From Massalongia carnosa (Eukaryota), in the NCBI GenBank assembly GCA_965645245.1, contig OZ287067.1, positions 3,162,001 to 3,226,000 of the forward strand: a DNA stretch of 64,000 bases, read 5' to 3'. Each line of letters opens with the position of its first letter. Position 1 is the stretch's first letter. The notes below the pieces were generated by a model, which saw nothing but the letters and a program-made list of their open reading frames with translations, was not told the DNA's origin and searched no databases. This document shows, piece after piece, positions 14,228 through 27,800 of the stretch. The position numbers and the translations under genes are program-made.

Positions 14228-15635
14228 ATGGCCTTTCCAAAATCCATGCGCGCCTTGGCCCTACTATCGGGCGTTCTATTTCTCTATTATCTCGTCCAAG
14301 TCCTTAAACCTCTCGTTTCATCGTATGGCCCTATGGTAAAATCATTAGACATGACCCGCGACCCCAACTTAGATGGCAAGATGCCCGATCCTTTGATAGA
14401 GCCTCTCAAACTCACAGCATCGCAGTTACACATGAGCCCGAAGGCCATTTATGGCGGAAAGATGAATACGCTGCCGATAACTCTAATTCGCCGAGGATCA
14501 ACGCAACATTGCTTGCTTTGGTGCGGAACTCGGAGGTGGATGGGATGGTTCAGTCAATGAAGGATCTGGAAAGAACGTGGAACGGCAAATTCAATTACCC
14601 CTGGACCTTTTTCAATGATGAGCCATTCGACGAGGAGTTCAAGAAAAGGACCCAAGCGGAAACAAAAGCCAGATGCTATTATGGTGCTACCTCCCTCATC
14701 ATGTCCGCCTCTTAGTATCACGCCGCAGAAACTAACATCGCATGCCTAGAAACGATCCCAAAAGAACATTGGGCCGTCCCCTCGTGGATTAACAAAGACC
14801 TCTTCGCCGAATCCGCTAAAATCCTCAAGGAGCAAGGCATCCAATACGCTGATCTCGTCTCCTATCACCAAATGTGCCGCTGGAACTCGGGCCTCTTCTA
14901 CCGCCACCCCGCCCTCGCCAACGTGCGCTACTACTGGCGCGTCGAGCCTAAGGTGCACTTTTTCTGCGACGTCGACTACGACGTCTTCCGCTACATGGCC
15001 GACCGTAACAAAACCTACGGCTTCACCATCAACCTCTACGATGCCCCACAAAGCATCCCTACCCTTTGGCCCGAGACGCTGAAGTTCCTCGCCGCTCACC
15101 CGGAACACGAGCATAAGCACAATGCGCGTGGATGGCTTGAGGATAGTGCGCGGAGGCCGGAGCATAACATCAAGGCAAACGGATATTCAACCTGTCATTT
15201 TTGGAGTAATTTCGAGATCGCCGATATGGCGTTTTGGCGCAGCAAGGCGTACGAAGATTATTTCGAGCACTTGGATCGTGCGGGCGGGTTCTTTTACGAG
15301 CGCTGGGGGGACGCCCCCGTGCACTCGATCGCGCTGGGCTTATTCGAGGACACGAGCAAAATCCATTGGTTGGTCCCCGTCCTCCCCCTTTTTTTTCTCC
15401 TCCTTTCCTCTGCGCTCTTCCCCTCCCCCACTCTCAACCCCCCGCCCGCTAAATCCCCCTCCCTTTCCCCAATCACAGGTTCCGCGACATCGGCTACCAA
15501 CACGTTCCCTACTTCAACTGCCCCAACTCGCCCAAGTGCCGCGGCTGCAAAACGGGCCGCTTCACCGACGGCGAAAAGTTCCTGTTCAAGGAGGATTGCC
15601 GCCCAAATTGGTTCCGGTTTGTGGGCATGGATTGA
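14228..15635 (+). CDS. Alpha-1,2-mannosyltransferase, glycosyltransferase family 15 (KRE2/MNT1/KTR family); exons 14228-14375, 14426-14683, 14750-15368, 15479-15635
   Basis: Type II membrane anchor plus the motifs NATLLALVRN, YPWTFFND, YHQMCRWNSG, YYWRVEP, CHFWSNFEI, FFYERWGDAPVHSI and IHWFRDIGY. Three introns restore the frame; the first has a GC donor. Confidence 0.93.
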
Positions 15636-16432
15636 TGTTGGGAAAAGGGGGTAGAGGGGGGGGGCTTTTTCCCATTTGGGGTTCGGGAAATCTAAAAAAT
15701 ATCAGCCCGCTATATCCATCTATTCATCGTTATAAAGTATATAAGTTTCATTCCCCCTCATACCAAAAACTCCATCCTCCACCCTTGCACTGAAAGAAGA
15801 AAAAATCCACCTATCAATACATACCCCACCTCCCCCCCCCAACCTTCCGTTTCCGTTTACGCCTCCCTAACCCGGCTACTAGCTAGCCAGCCGGCCAGAC
15901 AAACCGGCAGGAAGAAAACAACCGCAAAACAACCGCAAACCAACGCTATGGAAGAATGATTGCGAAAAGGTAACGAGGTAAGCAAGTGGGTAGGAACGTA
16001 GAAACCATTCCAAACATATAAAATTAAATAAACTAAAAAGTAATAGAAACCCCGAAGAAGGTTGATCGTGGTTCAGAGAGTAAGTAGGTAGGTACCTGCT
16101 CCGTGTACTGGACTGTTTTGCTATCCTAGGTAGGTATCTAGCTAGGTACGTATTTATGCTAAGAAAAAATAATCGATCCAGCGAAGTTAGGCGATGCTCC
16201 CATCTCCCCAATTTCGAAAAACCCCTGTTGGCGTCAACCAACGCAGCGCCGAAACTTTTCCTTTTCCCTTCCTCATGCTCAAACCCTCAGAACGCCTACT
16301 GATTGCTTCACGTCATCAATTTTTCCGTTCTTTTGGTGTCAGCGCCCGCGCTTGATGTTAATGAAAGTGAACCGGACCCCACCCTCCCCCCAAAAACCTT
16401 CTGCACTCAGCTAGCAAATACCATTCATTACT

Positions 16433-17586
16433 TCATCCCTCTACCATCCACCTCATTCCATTTGCCGCCTCTTCTACTGGAAATACCTCCCTTGCGTACT
16501 CCTCTATGCCCCTCCATCCCTCCCACAGGCCTCGCGCCTCGCCGGGTGCCGATATCTCCGGTCCAAAGTAGGGCGCATTGTGATGGCCAAAAAGGAGCTC
16601 GACGCCCTCGAGTTGAGCACGGTAGCCGGCGGGAATGGGCACGCTAATGTCGATGGTGGGCGAATGCATGTAGCGCACGGGGCGGCGGAGGGCTTTGGCG
16701 AAGGCGGCGCAGACTTGGGTGGGGGTTAAAATCTCGAAAGCTAACGCGATACTATTGGCCAGTGTAAAGGTGAGGACGAGATTAGCAATGGTGAATTGGG
16801 GTAGAACAAAGAATTAAAGGATCAGGAGGGATTGAAGAAGCGATAAGATAACATACCGATGTCCAGACCATTTCCGTACCCCGTCTTTGAATATCTGGAG
16901 CACAGCGGGACCGACGTCATGTTCTGCGTCGAGCCATGGAAGAGGATGATTGGGGTGGAAGGGGGCGGTCCAGAGGAAACTACCGTCTGGCTGGAGTTTC
17001 ATGCAGAAGAGCGGGTAGGGGAAACTAGTGAAATTGTTGTTATAGATACCTGCGTAAACGAAGGTGGCCGGGATACCAATCTGTTTGCAGTGGGTCAAAA
17101 ATCGCTCAAAAGCACCGAAATTTTGCGGTGTGGTTTCCGTCTTCCGCTACCAACAAAGAAGGAATGAAATCTATTTACCTGGCGGATATAATTCTCCACC
17201 GTAAACTTAACGCTCCACAATGGCAATCCAGGCCATCCATGCCCATATATACTATGATCCGGCATACTGCTGTAAATATAATGCTGCACGCCTGCTTTTT
17301 TTGCCGCGTCGGCCAAGGCAGTGCCTATAGCAACCTCATCGCCCCAAGAAATGGTGTTGATATAGGCTCGATGAGCGCCAGCGAAAAGCTTTGCCACGAG
17401 CTGACGGTCCTCCAGCGAACCTTCGATGAGGGTAACATTCTCCAAGTCATCGAGCTCTTGTGCGACCACCCCATCCTTGGAGTTGACGTGCGCCCGAACG
17501 TGATCCCCTACCGCGGCTGCCACTCGCGCAACGGACGCTGCTTGCCGGCCTGAGGAATTGACAATGGCGATGATTTTGTTGGGCAT
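16433..17586 (-). CDS. nmrA: Nitrogen metabolite repression regulator NmrA; exons 17586-17179, 17080-16857, 16751-16433
   Basis: IAIVNSSGRQAASVARVAAAVG, HYIYSSMPDHS, KFTVENYIRQ, FVYAGIYNNNFTSFPYP, PWLDAEHDVGPAVLQIFKDG and LWEGWRGIEEYAREVFPVEE match the NmrA/NMR1 family. Two canonical introns. Confidence 0.93.
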
Positions 17587-17770
17587 GTGAAATTTCAACA
17601 CCGCAGTTCTGGAGTAGCAGAGTGTGGTAGCACGCACGAGTCCAGGGCTACAAGCGGTAGTACAGTAACACCGACGAGAAGCTTGAATGAATCAATCACC
17701 ATGGAGATGAGGTAGAGGAAAACGAAGGTCATATAGGTTGAACGGGGAAATTCAAGGTCTTGGAGAAATG

Positions 17771-18248
17771 CTTATCGTAGCTCCAAGCTACCCACCCTGA
17801 AAACTGAAACTATTTGACCCGTCTGAGGCTTCCTCGTGTAACGAGAGTGTCAGATGTTTAGAAGCTTTAGCTATCTGAATATCCGGGGTAGCTTCGCACT
17901 AGGACATACGGCTGCAGGCAGATTATCAGCCTGCCGGCCAAGGAAATGAAGGCGCGAGTGACGGCGGTCGATAAGGAAACGACTCATGCTCGTCATCTAC
18001 ATCAGCTAGGTTGTGATGGTGTCGTTGTGTGAGGTGGCTCTCCTCAGCATAATAATGGCCAGCCATAACCGGTAAGACGAGGGATATATGTGAGGCAACA
18101 AGTGCAGCAAGACTTGGCCAACGTGAGGCTTAAATTAGTCGCAGGTTTTTGGAAGAAAGTTCGATGAGGTCGAGACGTCGCGATGATGGATGATGACGTG
18201 ACAACTGGGACGAAGGACGGACGATAAACGACAAACGTGACAGGATAA
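17771..18248. promoter_or_regulatory. Cluster of GATA cores upstream of nmrA (candidate AreA/NIT2-type sites)
   Basis: CTTATC 17771, CTATCT 17871, TTATCA 17923, CGATAA 17969, CGATAA ~18222 and GGATAA ~18243 lie within 700 bp of the nmrA ATG. The motif is short, so chance occurrence is possible. Confidence 0.3.
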
Positions 18249-18941
18249 CACGTGACCAAGCCGGTTTGAATGGAAGGAGGGGTTCGCAACTAGCCGCACA
18301 ACGTCGATCTAGGGTGACGATCATTGCTTCCTAGAGTTTAGCCCAAGGAGTACCCCGGATTCTCGATTCCGCTCTTCTCGTCGCCCTAGTTAGTCGGATA
18401 GGCTCCCCCGCTTCTCGCCTCCCCTTCCCTTGTCCCTCGTGACTCGTGATCCAAGCCAAGGAACTTGCGGACCGAATGGCAGCGACGCTAGGCACCATAC
18501 TGACAGCAACGGAAAAAAATGCGGAAGCAAAAGAACTCACGGCGTCTTGCTGCTTGCTTCTTCCACCATTCTCCAACTCATCCTCCGTCCTGTGATGAGA
18601 TGTTACTTTATCGTATTTGCTTTACGTAGTGTCATTAGTCATCCATGTTACTAGGCCCAGGCTTCATCTCCCACCAGCCGGCCACGTTTTATCCCCTCAA
18701 ACGTGTAGCCTATCAGCGTTCAGGGCATCAGACAAGAAAAAATCGGCCCAGGTCGTGTCACCGCGTCGAGCATATCCGTTTTCTGCTGTACCCAATACCT
18801 TGCAGACTTCCTTAGGAGACACGAGACACTGATAATGAAAGCTAACGATCCATCATGAGTGAATCCATAGAAGCGTGAATCACAACGCGCTTATGTTGAT
18901 CCGGTCCGGTCAACTGATCGTTTGACAGCGGAAATAGATTA

Positions 18942-20875
18942 ATCGTGCCAAAACACTAAACCCCAACCGAGTCAGGGTCTAGTGCCCGACGGTCTACTGA
19001 CGCATACAGTCTACTGACGCACTTTTCCCATTTTCACTACCATTTTCACCACGTCGTTCATCTACCACCACCATGCCTAACTCATATTCTAATAAGGAGG
19101 ATCAAATTGTCGATGCTATAAACGCGTGGAACACGGGTGAATTTCTAAGTATAAGCGCAGTAGCCATTTGATTTCGATGTCGACATTCGTACGCTTCAAA
19201 GACGACTTGCTGGAGGGGGTTCGCGCATCGGTCGATCTGGCCCCAACAAGGCCTTATCTGATGAACAAGAATTGGCCCTTTGTGAATATATTGTGATGCT
19301 CGATCAAGCCGAACAATCAGCCAGGTTTTCAATGGTTCGGGGGGCTGCTAATTATCTACTAAGAGAAGCTCATTTAGACGCCTCCATCCCCCCCCCTCAC
19401 GTCAGCGAGGCCTGGACCAAACCTTTCCTCAATCGTCATCCTCAATTTTTCAAGCGAAAACACAAACCTCTGGCCGCTGAGCGAAAACACGCGCACAATG
19501 CAAAGGACAGGCTCGAGTATTTTGAAGCATATCGAACTGCGCGAAAGACGCGGGTAATAGCGGACGAGGACTTTTGGAACATGGATGAAATGGGCTTTCG
19601 AATTGGCTGTGACAGGGCTCATTGGGTTATATCAACTCACTCCAGAAAGCCCTTGCTATTGACAGATCCAGATAATAGAGAATATGTCACCTCGTGTGAG
19701 TGTATTAGTGCTGGGGGGCGAAACATTCCCCCCATGGTGATTATAGCGGGGGTTTTGATTCTCGAAAAGTGGACACAACAAAACGATCTGAATGACGATG
19801 TTTTGTTGACTACTAGTCCTACCGGCTATTCCAATGATGATTTGGCTATTGATTGGTTGAAACATTTCGATAAACACAGTCGAAAGGGTCAGGTAGGGGC
19901 CTGGCGTATGTTGATCATGGACGGGTATGGATCTCATATGACATATGAGTTTTTTACATATGCCAAACGAAATCACATTGAATTGTTTCGTTTGCCTCCT
20001 CATTCAACACATCTCACTCAGCCATTGGATGTAGGATGTTTTCAGCCGTTCAAACATTATCATTCCGAAGGCATTGACGAGATGGTGCGACTCGGAGGGG
20101 CAGATTTCGACAAACTGGATTTTTTGTCCATTTTTCAGCGCATGCGAAATCAAACATTCACCTCATCTACCATATTATCGTCATTCAGAAACACGGGTCT
20201 GGTGCCTTATAACCCCAATGTGGTAATTCGAAAGCTGGAGGAAATTCAAACTCGGAGACCTGCTACCCCGCCCCCACCTTTGTCAGCCTCTGCTCGCCAG
20301 AACGCCCCGTACGACTAAAGAGGTGGTTGAATATGGCTTACACCTTCGAATGAGTTTGAAGAAATACAACGTGCTGGACAATGAATGGGATTGTCATGTG
20401 AATCGATTTGTGAAGAGCTCTATTTCCAATGCGCATGCACGTCAGATTATTGAGCGGGACCTTCGAGCCAGTCAACAACAGTCCATCGCGAAGGCGGCCT
20501 GTAGAAAATTGGATGGTAAGGTCGCCCAGAAGGGAGGGGTCATAACTGTAGGAGATGTACGGGCCAAAACCTCGAAACGTTGTCAGAACGAGGTGGAAAA
20601 GACCAGACTGGCCTATGAACGTGCCACACTAGCTGCTGAAAAGAAGCAGATTGCCCTGGACAAAAGGTATAAAAGAATCGCCAGATCGATGCCCAGACAA
20701 GCGAAGCTATTTTACCAGCGTCATAATCAATCAGTTTCTGCATAACCGTTGTTGTCCTCGATTTGTAGCAGAAATGGTAGTGAAAATGGGAAAAGTGCGT
20801 CAGTAGACTGTATGCGTCAGTAGACCGTCGGGCACTAGACCTTGACTCGGTTGGGGTTTAGTGTTTTGGCACGAT
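18942..20875 (+). mobile_element. pogo/Fot1-type DNA transposon, defective, 1934 bp
   Basis: 104-bp TIRs (18942-19045 and 20772-20875, 1 mismatch) start ATCGTGCC and are flanked by TA on both sides. Each TIR carries a doubled GTCTACTGACGCA repeat. The element encodes a DDE_1 transposase. Confidence 0.95.
19073..20745 (+). pseudogene. Disrupted pogo/Fot1 transposase (HTH + DDE_1)
   Basis: WNMDEMGF, LIMDGYGSH and HLTQPLDVGCF catalytic motifs. In-frame TGA at 19169 after ATG 19073, plus frame breaks before 19272 and near 20300. Confidence 0.9.
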
Positions 20876-21111
20876 TAACCCATCGTTGAATCATCCGTCC
20901 TCGGCTTCGAGACGTATGGCTACAGAGCTTCCGGCTCAGGGCTTCAGCCTGGATACCTCGGTAAAAGAGTAGAACCAATTCTCAGTCTCATGACTTGAAG
21001 CAGAGAGGAAAACTGGTTTTCGAGAAGTTGCTTCTTCTATTGCCTCTCCTCGCCTGTCGCTTAATGCTTACTCTCACCGCTGGCCATCGTGTTGTCGATG
21101 TATTTTTGTCT

Positions 21112-22817
21112 TTACTGTGGGATGCCGTTCATACAGCCTGCAGCGCGCCATATAGCTGGATGATTTTGAGCGTGCAACTTTGCAGTCTCCATCTCGTCAG
21201 CATGGAGATGGGCGCCCGATTCTCGGAGCAACGAGACATGGTTCCCAAGTCCAGCATTTGCCGCCAGGAAGAGAGGCGTCCGGCCGGTCTTATTACGCAA
21301 ATGAACTGACGCTCCTTTCAAAAGCAGGACCCGTAGAACATCATGGCTGGGCCCAGTGGCCGCAATATGCTTGAAGGTACCATCAGCACGATCAATATCG
21401 ATGGAAGCAGAATATTCTCACCAAAGGGGTGTTACCAGAGTAATCAGCCTCGTTTAGTAACCACTCCAGGTCGCCTTTAAGGACATCCATCAACTCGTCA
21501 GAGTTCCCTCTGGAAATTGCATAACCTAAGGCTGAAAGGGTTGATAGATGCTCCGGGAGAAAACCGCTGGGGTGCGCAAATGCTACGTTGGTTTGTTCAG
21601 TGAGTTCTCCGCGCAAGGATATTGACATCTGTAGGATGACGTCTTCAATAGATAGGTCCGGCAGGGCAAGCAGGTAAGAAAGTTTTGCCAATGCTGCTTC
21701 CGATGTTAAATCATACCCCGGAACCACACCTGCGCGCTTCAACAGCATTGCGGGCTCATAGAGTGGACTGACAGTGCCATTCATGCCTAGCAATTTAGCA
21801 TGGCTCGCCAAGTTTCAGTCAGGACAACTCACACTGCGTCACATTTACAATGATCGTCCCTCTCTTAATAGCGTCGGCGAAGATCCGAGTCAGAACCCCG
21901 TCTGGGCCTCCAGGGGCATTGCCAGCGCCAAACGTCTCCAAAACTAAACCCTTCAGATCAGGAACTTTCAGTACCGCATCTACCATCTCAGGTTTGATCC
22001 CCGGAAAGATCCTTAGACAAGCCACATGGTTAATTGCCCGGTTGGTCTGGATGCTAAACGGCATGATGTGAGTTGGTCTATAAATTAGCTCCCACGAAAC
22101 ATGTGTCTTCAGCGACGTAATACTCGCCAAAGGCGGGAAGTTTGGTGATGCAAACGCTGCAAAGTCACTACTTGACACCTTGGTCGTTCGGTTACCGCGA
22201 AAAAGCTTATAATTGAAGAACAGGCACACCTCCGGAATCATAAAGTGGCCCGCTACGATCAGCGAGCTAAGCAGATTGTCAGTAGCGTCGTTCTGTAGCT
22301 CCAGCATGGGTGCCTGCGAGCCTGTCAGCACAACCGGCTTGCCCAAATTTTGGAGCATGAAGCTCAGGGCTGAGCACGTATATGCTAGGCTATCAGTGCC
22401 GTGCAGCACGACGAAGCCGTCATAAAGCCGGTAGTTTCGGAAAATAGCTTCGGCAATCTGAGTCCATCCCGCCGCGTCAATCGAGCTACTGTCAAGCAGT
22501 TCTCCAAATTCAAGTACCGCGTAGCGCACGTGTTTTTGGTAAGCGCTCACAGGTGTGCGCAGACTGCGAAGGAATGTCGAGGTCGTGTCTGCAGAGGTCG
22601 TGTCGCTGGCAACAGGATCCGCGGAGATAATGGCTGGGATCTCCCTTGGAGGTGAACCGTCATTGAATGAAGGTCTGGGTGCGAGGCATGAGTTCAGGAA
22701 CCCTCTGGCAGGTGCGTAGCCGTCCGGCCCGCGCTGCATGCAGATAGTGCCGCCGGTCATGATGATAAGTACACGGGACTCGGGCGCTACAGCGGAGGCG
22801 AAAGCGTGAGGATTCAT
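21112..22817 (-). CDS. Type I L-asparaginase / 60-kDa lysophospholipase with C-terminal ankyrin repeats; exons 22817-21833, 21786-21422, 21369-21112
   Basis: Asparaginase active-site motifs IMTGGTI, DSSSI, HGTDSLAY and TGSQ. Ankyrin motifs DYSGNTPLHIAA and GRTPLFLAA. Introns 21787-21832 and 21370-21421 restore the frame. Confidence 0.93.
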
Positions 22818-24099
22818 TTCGTTTTATTGATTTTTTTCTTCCCTTAAAGACCAGGATGATTTCTCATATAGATGGGATTTGACTTGTATGTGTATATTTG
22901 TAGTATACGTACACCTTCAGGCTTCAGAAGGGAAGCATGATCACTTGTCAAGAAAGCATCGAGGGAGCAGGCAATAATATCAAGAAGATCAGAAGGCACT
23001 GAGACGGTCCTTACAGGTCAGGCATAGGTGGCTTAACTTCTTATGTATTCGAAAGAACGGAATTGATTTGCTGTGACTTGTTGGGCCTATGAAATAGTTT
23101 AGTGGGTAAATCTAGTTGCGTCATTATCCGCCGTTTTTGAACCATCACATTTGTTGTATCGAAAATCGAAAAAATAATTCTGTGTTCTGTAATCGAACCT
23201 GTTTACCGTACCGTAACGTACCTTAAAAGGAGCTGCTGAGAGATCTATGGATTTTCTGTGTGACTATATAATTGTGCCTTCTCAACCTTCAATATTTTGA
23301 AGAATGTTACTTCTTGTACGTTGAGAACCCATCATAGTGATAGAAGTATATATATATTTTTTTAAACCCGCTTTCGGAGAATTTCTCATGTCGAACTGCC
23401 TTATGCCCTTCTGGTCTGATTTAATTTTCTTTTTAAAGAGATCCAAGTTGTGTTTCCAAAATACATGTATTTTATGTCAATATGTGTTCTAAAGAGGTAG
23501 ATTTGGAATATCTTATCGAGGCTAGAATTTCATGCTTGTACTTGGTATTATGCATTAATGTGAGCTGCTCTGCTGCCAACTTTAATCTTATTTAACCGCC
23601 ATTGGAACAGCAATAGGGGAAACATTATTAATCGGAAACTAGTTTTAGGAGGATGGCCTTAAAATTCTCCATGTGGGCGTTGAAATAAACATCTTTCACA
23701 GGATGTTAAAGCTTTCCAAGTGGAGACTGGCTTTGCTCTCGTCATTCTAATTTCACCCGTCAACAACTCTAGTTTTCTTTATTGGGAAACAAAGATCATA
23801 GAAATGTGAAAGAAGATCATTGAATTATTTAAGGGTCTCGTTGTTACGGTTGGAACTCAAGATGCCTACAGCCATGCAAGCCATATAAATCCATACGTAC
23901 ACAAATATACCAACACCCTATTATATGAACCCTTTCCCTACAGTCCTATTTCATTCGCTTCAAATAGCTTCAAATAGCTTCAAATAGTGTCTCTCGTCAA
24001 AATATCCCTCTCAACCTTGTCTCTCTATTCCTGGCGGCTTTCTCGAAACCAACCCCTGAACTACGGTGCAAAACCTGGTGCTACCCTATGCCCGACCTG

Positions 24100-24330
24100 C
24101 GAGCGGAATACTATACAGATAAAAATCAGATATTGGCTATATTCGGACCTACCTAACCGACTCGTAGCCCTGCAGACTTGCCGCCATCTCTATAAGGAGC
24201 TTTCGATAGAACTATATCGCCGTGAGTTATATTTTGCAATGATCCAAGTATACCGAGGTAGAGAATAAGGGACCTTCTTGGGTCCTTTCCTGAGAACTGG
24301 AAGCATGCGCCATTAAATGCATTTGACGAA
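24100..24330 (+). pseudogene. Degenerate inverted paralog fragment of the 27801-28754 F-box-like gene
   Basis: SDLPNRLVALQTCRHLYKELSIELYRRELYF versus RDSPNRLAIMQTSHRLHDEVAAELYRREIRF (16/31 identical by eye), surrounded by stops. Confidence 0.65.
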
Positions 24331-27300
24331 CCACCTTTAAGATTCAGGGCCTCTAAAAAAAAGGGTTCAGGGCAGCTGATCTTGGGGACAGATTGAGTCA
24401 TTTAGGTGATTACGCTGATAAGGGAGCTTCAAAACAAGCAGGATTAGTTACCAAATTCCCTTATTTCTGCGTACCTACCTGAGATAGTCACAAGTTTCTT
24501 TGATAGTAGCTCCGCGATGTGGCATAAGGATGGTCGTTGGAACATCACCCATTTCAGAGGCTTCAAAACCACAAAAATGACATAAGAGACTTCGATTATT
24601 CCTTGCGCCTTTTTTCCTTCTGAGAACGATCCGCTGCATCAATATCTTGGTTCGAGAAGAAATCAAGAACTTCAGGTAAACTTAGCACTCGACTTCACCT
24701 TCCGCATTACATTGAGTCTTTCAAGGATTCTAATGATGAGTCTAAGTTACAAGACCAGAATTCCTATTCTACAAATTTCGAGTTGTTCTTACGCTGCTCA
24801 AGGGCAAGAAACCCAGTGTTTTGAATTCGCGAATAAATTAAATCCGTTCAAACAAAAAACCACCACCAGCAAGGTTTCATATGCAACTCATTGGCCACGA
24901 CACCTTTCTGGCGGAGTTAGACCATTTTTTTGTCGACGGCCGACTAATCTGTTGGTGCACCTACCGAAGGAGATGAGCTTAAGCGAAGATGATTTGAATG
25001 AGCAAAGTGTTCAGGGTGGAGAGGAGTTGGTTTGAGAGAGCTAGAGTTGAAATGGTGGGGAATAAAGGACAATTTGCTAGGTTTGAGGCTCCCTTGCCCC
25101 GGTCGAAGCGCCTACTAACCTGAGCTTAGGAATGATTGGGAAAAATCTAGATTACTTTCCATCAATTTCAGGCCTGTTTGTCCAGAGAGACAGATAATGT
25201 ATCAAATGCCTGCAAGGCTTCCTTGCCGTGATTCAAAGCTCCTACTAGCCTAGGATTAAGGAATTATTAGGATACTCCAAGCTATTCTCGATAGCGTCAA
25301 CCCTCCTTATAAAGCTAAAAAACGCATTCAGTGTTTGCGAGCCTTTGTTTCACCCTGTTCGAAGATTCTGCCAATCCAACATTCAGCGAAGCTAGGAAGC
25401 ACTCCAGCTATTCTCCAACTGTGTCAAACCCTCCTAAACCATATAGACAGTTGCATCAAATGCTTGTAAGGCTTTTTTCATTCATAATAAACCATGTATT
25501 AACCTTGCATTACCTAGTTTTCAAGCTCCATTCTAGGGACAGATTGGGTAATCAAATATCAGCAACACCATTGCCTAGCCCCCTTGATTACAGCCGCCTA
25601 ACTATTTGGGGTATCATTATGGAGGTATTATCCCCCAAGCTGTGTGGGTGCTTTAGTAGTAATGTGGTCAGCCGCAGGACTAAGTTCTGTGATGTGGTGA
25701 TTAGGGGTGGGGTGGCTTGAGACATGGTAGAGAAGCTGATATGGGTTTTGTAACTGTCTTTGAGAAACGTCCTGTTTTTGTTGTCTTGCTCCTTTCTCGA
25801 TGAGATCTAGTTAACAGCTTGATTCTGTTTTCTGTTTCGTCCTCTGCCTGTTTCGCGTTTTCACCATTTCGCTCTTTCAATGTTTTTCTGCTCTAACTGT
25901 TGCGTGGTATCTGTTCTACACCTAGTCTTTGCTAGTGCTACTCTATTTTCTTTCTATGTGTTTTATATTCTGTCGGTTTTGCGACTTCACTGGACAGTGG
26001 GATACACATTTCGTTCAGCAAGAGCGTTCCGGACCCTTATAATAGCTGGTCCCAACTGCTTCTACTAGTTATGCTGAACCCAACATCTGCTTTATCTCTC
26101 ACTCCACTTGGAATAAAAATACTCTTTAACAGCTACTATGGTTTTTCTAACTTTGCCATTGTTGCGAATGCCAAGCCAGCTGGATCATATCTGACGTAAT
26201 ATGCGAATGCCTTCGCGTATTTTACTGACATGGGAATAGCTACATCTGAGAATTTCTGGTATCTTCGATGCTTAGAAATTCAGGTCTATAGACATTCGAG
26301 GAGAATCTCGAATGTTGTGTGATCAATATGTATATAGCATCACTCCTACGCATAGTATAGAGATTAGTCGCAATAATCTGAAGTATTTCATTCATAGAAG
26401 TTCTGTACTATCCAGAGACTTCTGGCACTCTGCCACCTATTTTCTGTGCATTGGGTCCCTCATTCTCTATCCATCCCTCCTATTTTAAACAGCCATCACC
26501 CAAACCATCCCCACGTTTTATAAGGCAATATCTCCTATTTCTATCCCTGTGGCATGTAGGAATTCTGCTAAACATTGCACAGCCTCGTCAGTTACATCAT
26601 TCGACGTATTCACAGTCCATTCGATTTCTACAAATTGAACATGCCCAACTTAGCCGTAACTTCGTCGGTCTTTGTTGACTTTATGCGTCTAGAACGTGGG
26701 CTAGGCCCTCTTCAGTCTCTTAGTCTGTTCATCAGGGAGACTCAAAGCACCAGCTGAGAGATTGGAGCAAATGCCAAAACACCAGGAAACATTGCATCAA
26801 CACCGGGAGTATATATGGAACTTGGTCAATAACCTAAAGGGAGGTAATAGCGGCCGTCTCTCATTATAGACATCTGTGGAAGTTTTTATACGGGATATCA
26901 TTGAGGCGGAGGAGCATCAAAGGCTTCCAGGATCGTCTTGTCTCGTCCCGGCATTTTGACATTGTTAGAGAAACAGGCATCTACACTTGCGAAAGCATCC
27001 CTGCCCGTAGATCCAGTCTAGTAAAGTTTGCTATACGCGGAGAGAAATCACCTATGCCACTCTAACGTAATGTTTTTGAACAAGGTAGACATCTTGAACA
27101 GCTAAACAACCTTCTCATTCACAATCTTAACGCTCTTCCGGGAGGCTTTCCTGACAACAATCTAGCAGAAGCAGAGAGTTATAGGAAACCAATTACCTAT
27201 TATTAAGAGAGGCCATTGGAGTAGAGCTTAGCGACAAGTGAATGGAATGTAAGATTTGCTGCCCCCCTGGAGCCTTCTAACGTTTTCTGTGCCCAACGAG

Positions 27301-27800
27301 CACTCTTTGGGGATGGATGGGGGTGGGCTGGAAATGGTGGAGTGTGAGAACTTTAGAAAATTTACGTATGAATCACAGCGAACTGCTTCAGGATATTTGC
27401 GAAAAACAAGAGAGCGCCACATCAAAAAATTTAGAGGCTGCTATCGTATCGGCAAGGTAAAGGCTCAAGGACGTAAAGATGGCTACAGAAGAGCAGCAGC
27501 GGAAGACCATAAAGCTGAGATTTAACGCTAACATGAACGAAAGGAATGCGCTGAAGCAAGGGATGGCAGTGGCTGACATTCATTAAAGCCAACTCTGTAT
27601 AGGCTTTTGAGGCTTGCCAGAAGCAATGGGGTTTTCAATTTTGGCTGTGGCTGTGAAGCAGCGAAACCGTGCATATAAGAAACCGCTTGGTTTGTTTATT
27701 TGGTTTTCATTGTATTTCTGGCTGGGTTACGTATGCTTAGTGCTACTCATAAGGCTTCAACACTGAAGTCGGGATATCCGTCCGAACCCAGTTAATCGAC

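Noticed and set aside
26750..27600. Purine-rich, coding-like stretch with short ORFs
   Set aside because: Multiple stops and no recognisable motif.
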